A DNA stretch of 64,000 bases from Dicyema japonicum (Eukaryota > Animalia > Dicyemida). Numbering within the stretch: position 1 is the first letter of the stretch; each line of letters starts with the position of its first letter. Made by a program: the position numbers and the translations under genes. The stretch covers positions 124,001 to 188,000 of the forward strand of contig RDEW01000010.1 of NCBI GenBank assembly GCA_011109175.1. The letters run 5' to 3'. A model generated the notes under the pieces. That model was not told where the DNA came from and searched no databases. It saw nothing but the letters and a program-made list of their open reading frames with translations. This document shows positions 62,325 to 64,000 of the stretch, in pieces.

Positions 62325-64000
62325 CTGAGGCTCATGACATTTAACGTACGTGGAATATCAAAAGACTGGGCAAGGAAAGTACGTTGTGACGATCTCGAGA
62401 AATACAAAATATCTACAAGTGACGAAAATCGAAAATAGACACGATGAAACATGGAACAACTACCGACTAATTGTCTTCCCGAGTGAATGTAAGCGGGATG
62501 GGATTTGCCTTACACGTGGATTACCTCAAAAAACTACATCGCTATTGGAGAGTTAACGACCGAATATATGTCCTACAAGTCAAACTAAATGATTTATGCC
62601 CATCCAAAAGTCTATTAACTATGATAAATGTCTATGCACCACACTGCGGGCGAGTAATCAAGAACCCTGGTGAGCTTGAGGAATCCTACTTAGAACTATC
62701 AAGAAAATATTCGAATAATGCGTCTTTGTTGCGAGAGATATGAATGCAAAGGCCGGAATGCGAATGGGACCCGAAGAATCCTCTATTGAAAGACACGGAC
62801 ACGGAAGGAGATAGGCATCGGGAACTTCTCTGGTGAACTTCTGCTAGGCAAATAGGCTATTCCTGTGCAACACTGCCTTCACGCACTCAGCTCGCCACAA
62901 GACGATATGGCACGGACAAAGGAAAAACTCTGTTAAGGAGACCATGAATATATAATCAAATCAACTACATTATCTGCCGAAAGTCTGATAAACACTTGCT
63001 AAATGATGCACATTCCTACGAAGGGACAACAACTGACAGCAATCATATGATCGTTATTGCAGAACTGTCTGTAAAAAAGCACTTGACTGGGAAAAAATAT
63101 ATTGAACAGACAACATTCATGGGAAATCATTACATCCCTATTAAAAGATGTGGAGTGCCTAAATGACAATTCAAGGATGTTTGCGGCTTTACAAATCCTG
63201 CGGACAAAGATAGGACAAAACATCCTCCAAATCAAAAACAAAAAGGAAAATTCGTTGATAACCAAGAAGAAAAAGCCGAACTAATTGCATGTCACTTTGA
63301 AATGTTGCTGAATACAGACAATGAGGAATTTCCCCCTTTCCAGGAAGAACCGAGGACATTAATGAATGCTATTACAGTGGAAGAAGTTGAATCAGCTCTA
63401 AAAAAACTGAAGAATAAAAAGAGTGCTGAGCCAGACAACATAATCACTGAGCTTTTAAAACATGGGTTAAAAAAACTTAGTGAAACAATTGCAAAAGTTT
63501 TAAATGACATGAAACTAATACCTATCTAGGACTTGGAAATGGATTATTAATACCCATACAAAAACCGAACAAAGTAAAAGGACCAGTAAAAAATCTTCGC
63601 TCGGTCATACTTCTGAACTCGATACGCAAGATGCTGGCAACCATAGCACCTTATGCGGATTATGTGGACTTTGTATCACGGGACACGCCCGCACTCCAAC
63701 ACCTACTCGAAAATGCACCTGCGGAGCTTGAGAAATGGTTTCTCAGCGTAAATGTAAACAAAACCGAAATTACTGAAATCAAAAGAGAAGACGATATTAC
63801 TCATGAAAAATGGAGGTGCACTAATGAGCTCAACTCTACTAGGAGACACTGAAGATGTACTAAGGAGGAAAACACTGGCAAATGCAGCAATGGATAAACT
63901 GAGGAATAAATGGCTAAGAGCCAAAGACTTGGAAGTGACATCAGATACAGGCTTTACGGCGCCTTTGTGAAACCAATTTTACTGTACAACGCTGGGACCT
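62325..64000 (+). mobile_element. Duplicated RTE-like LINE, open at the window edge
   Basis: Near-identical to 54190-55866. Confidence 0.88.

Larger units (their letters stand above)
48875..64000. repeat. Tandem segmental duplication, period ~8.13-8.14 kb (copy A 48875-57011; copy B 57012 to beyond the window end)
   Basis: AAACACTAGAACAGGGG starts at both 48875 and 57012. The offset is still ~8134 at 55827/63961. Near-identity is seen throughout. Confidence 0.95.

Overview
Eukaryotic, AT-rich, retrotransposon-dominated window from an animal with extremely short spliceosomal introns (20-28 nt, GT-AG). Intron positions match those of vertebrate orthologues. This pattern fits a dicyemid mesozoan best (inference; myxozoan or orthonectid origin is not excluded). 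Because micro-introns fragment the ORFs, the ORF track hides the host genes. By splicing manually I recover a nuclear hormone receptor (6829-8735, -), mitochondrial Lon protease (24317-27181, -), NECAP (40432-41024, +) and three GLUT/SLC2A-type sugar transporter paralogues (-), two of them in a ~8.1 kb tandem duplication running off the right end. Most of the rest is nested mobile DNA: RTE-like and jockey/I-like APE-RT LINEs, RLE-type non-LTR elements (CRE-like and R4/NeSL-like), a tRNA-derived SINE that shares its 3' end with an RTE, and Tigger/pogo, MULE-FLYWCH, Helitron and Ginger-like remnants. A 61-bp satellite occupies the left edge. The most unusual signals are: a short shared 5'-terminal leader (TTTATT(TT)GGTTGA(A/G)G) on unrelated retroelements, a SINE-RTE pair, a 287-bp bipartite mini-LINE, a 65-bp target-site duplication, and amino-acid changes concentrated in the surface loops of the amplified GLUT copies. 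Coordinates of decayed elements are approximate, and all alignments were made by eye.
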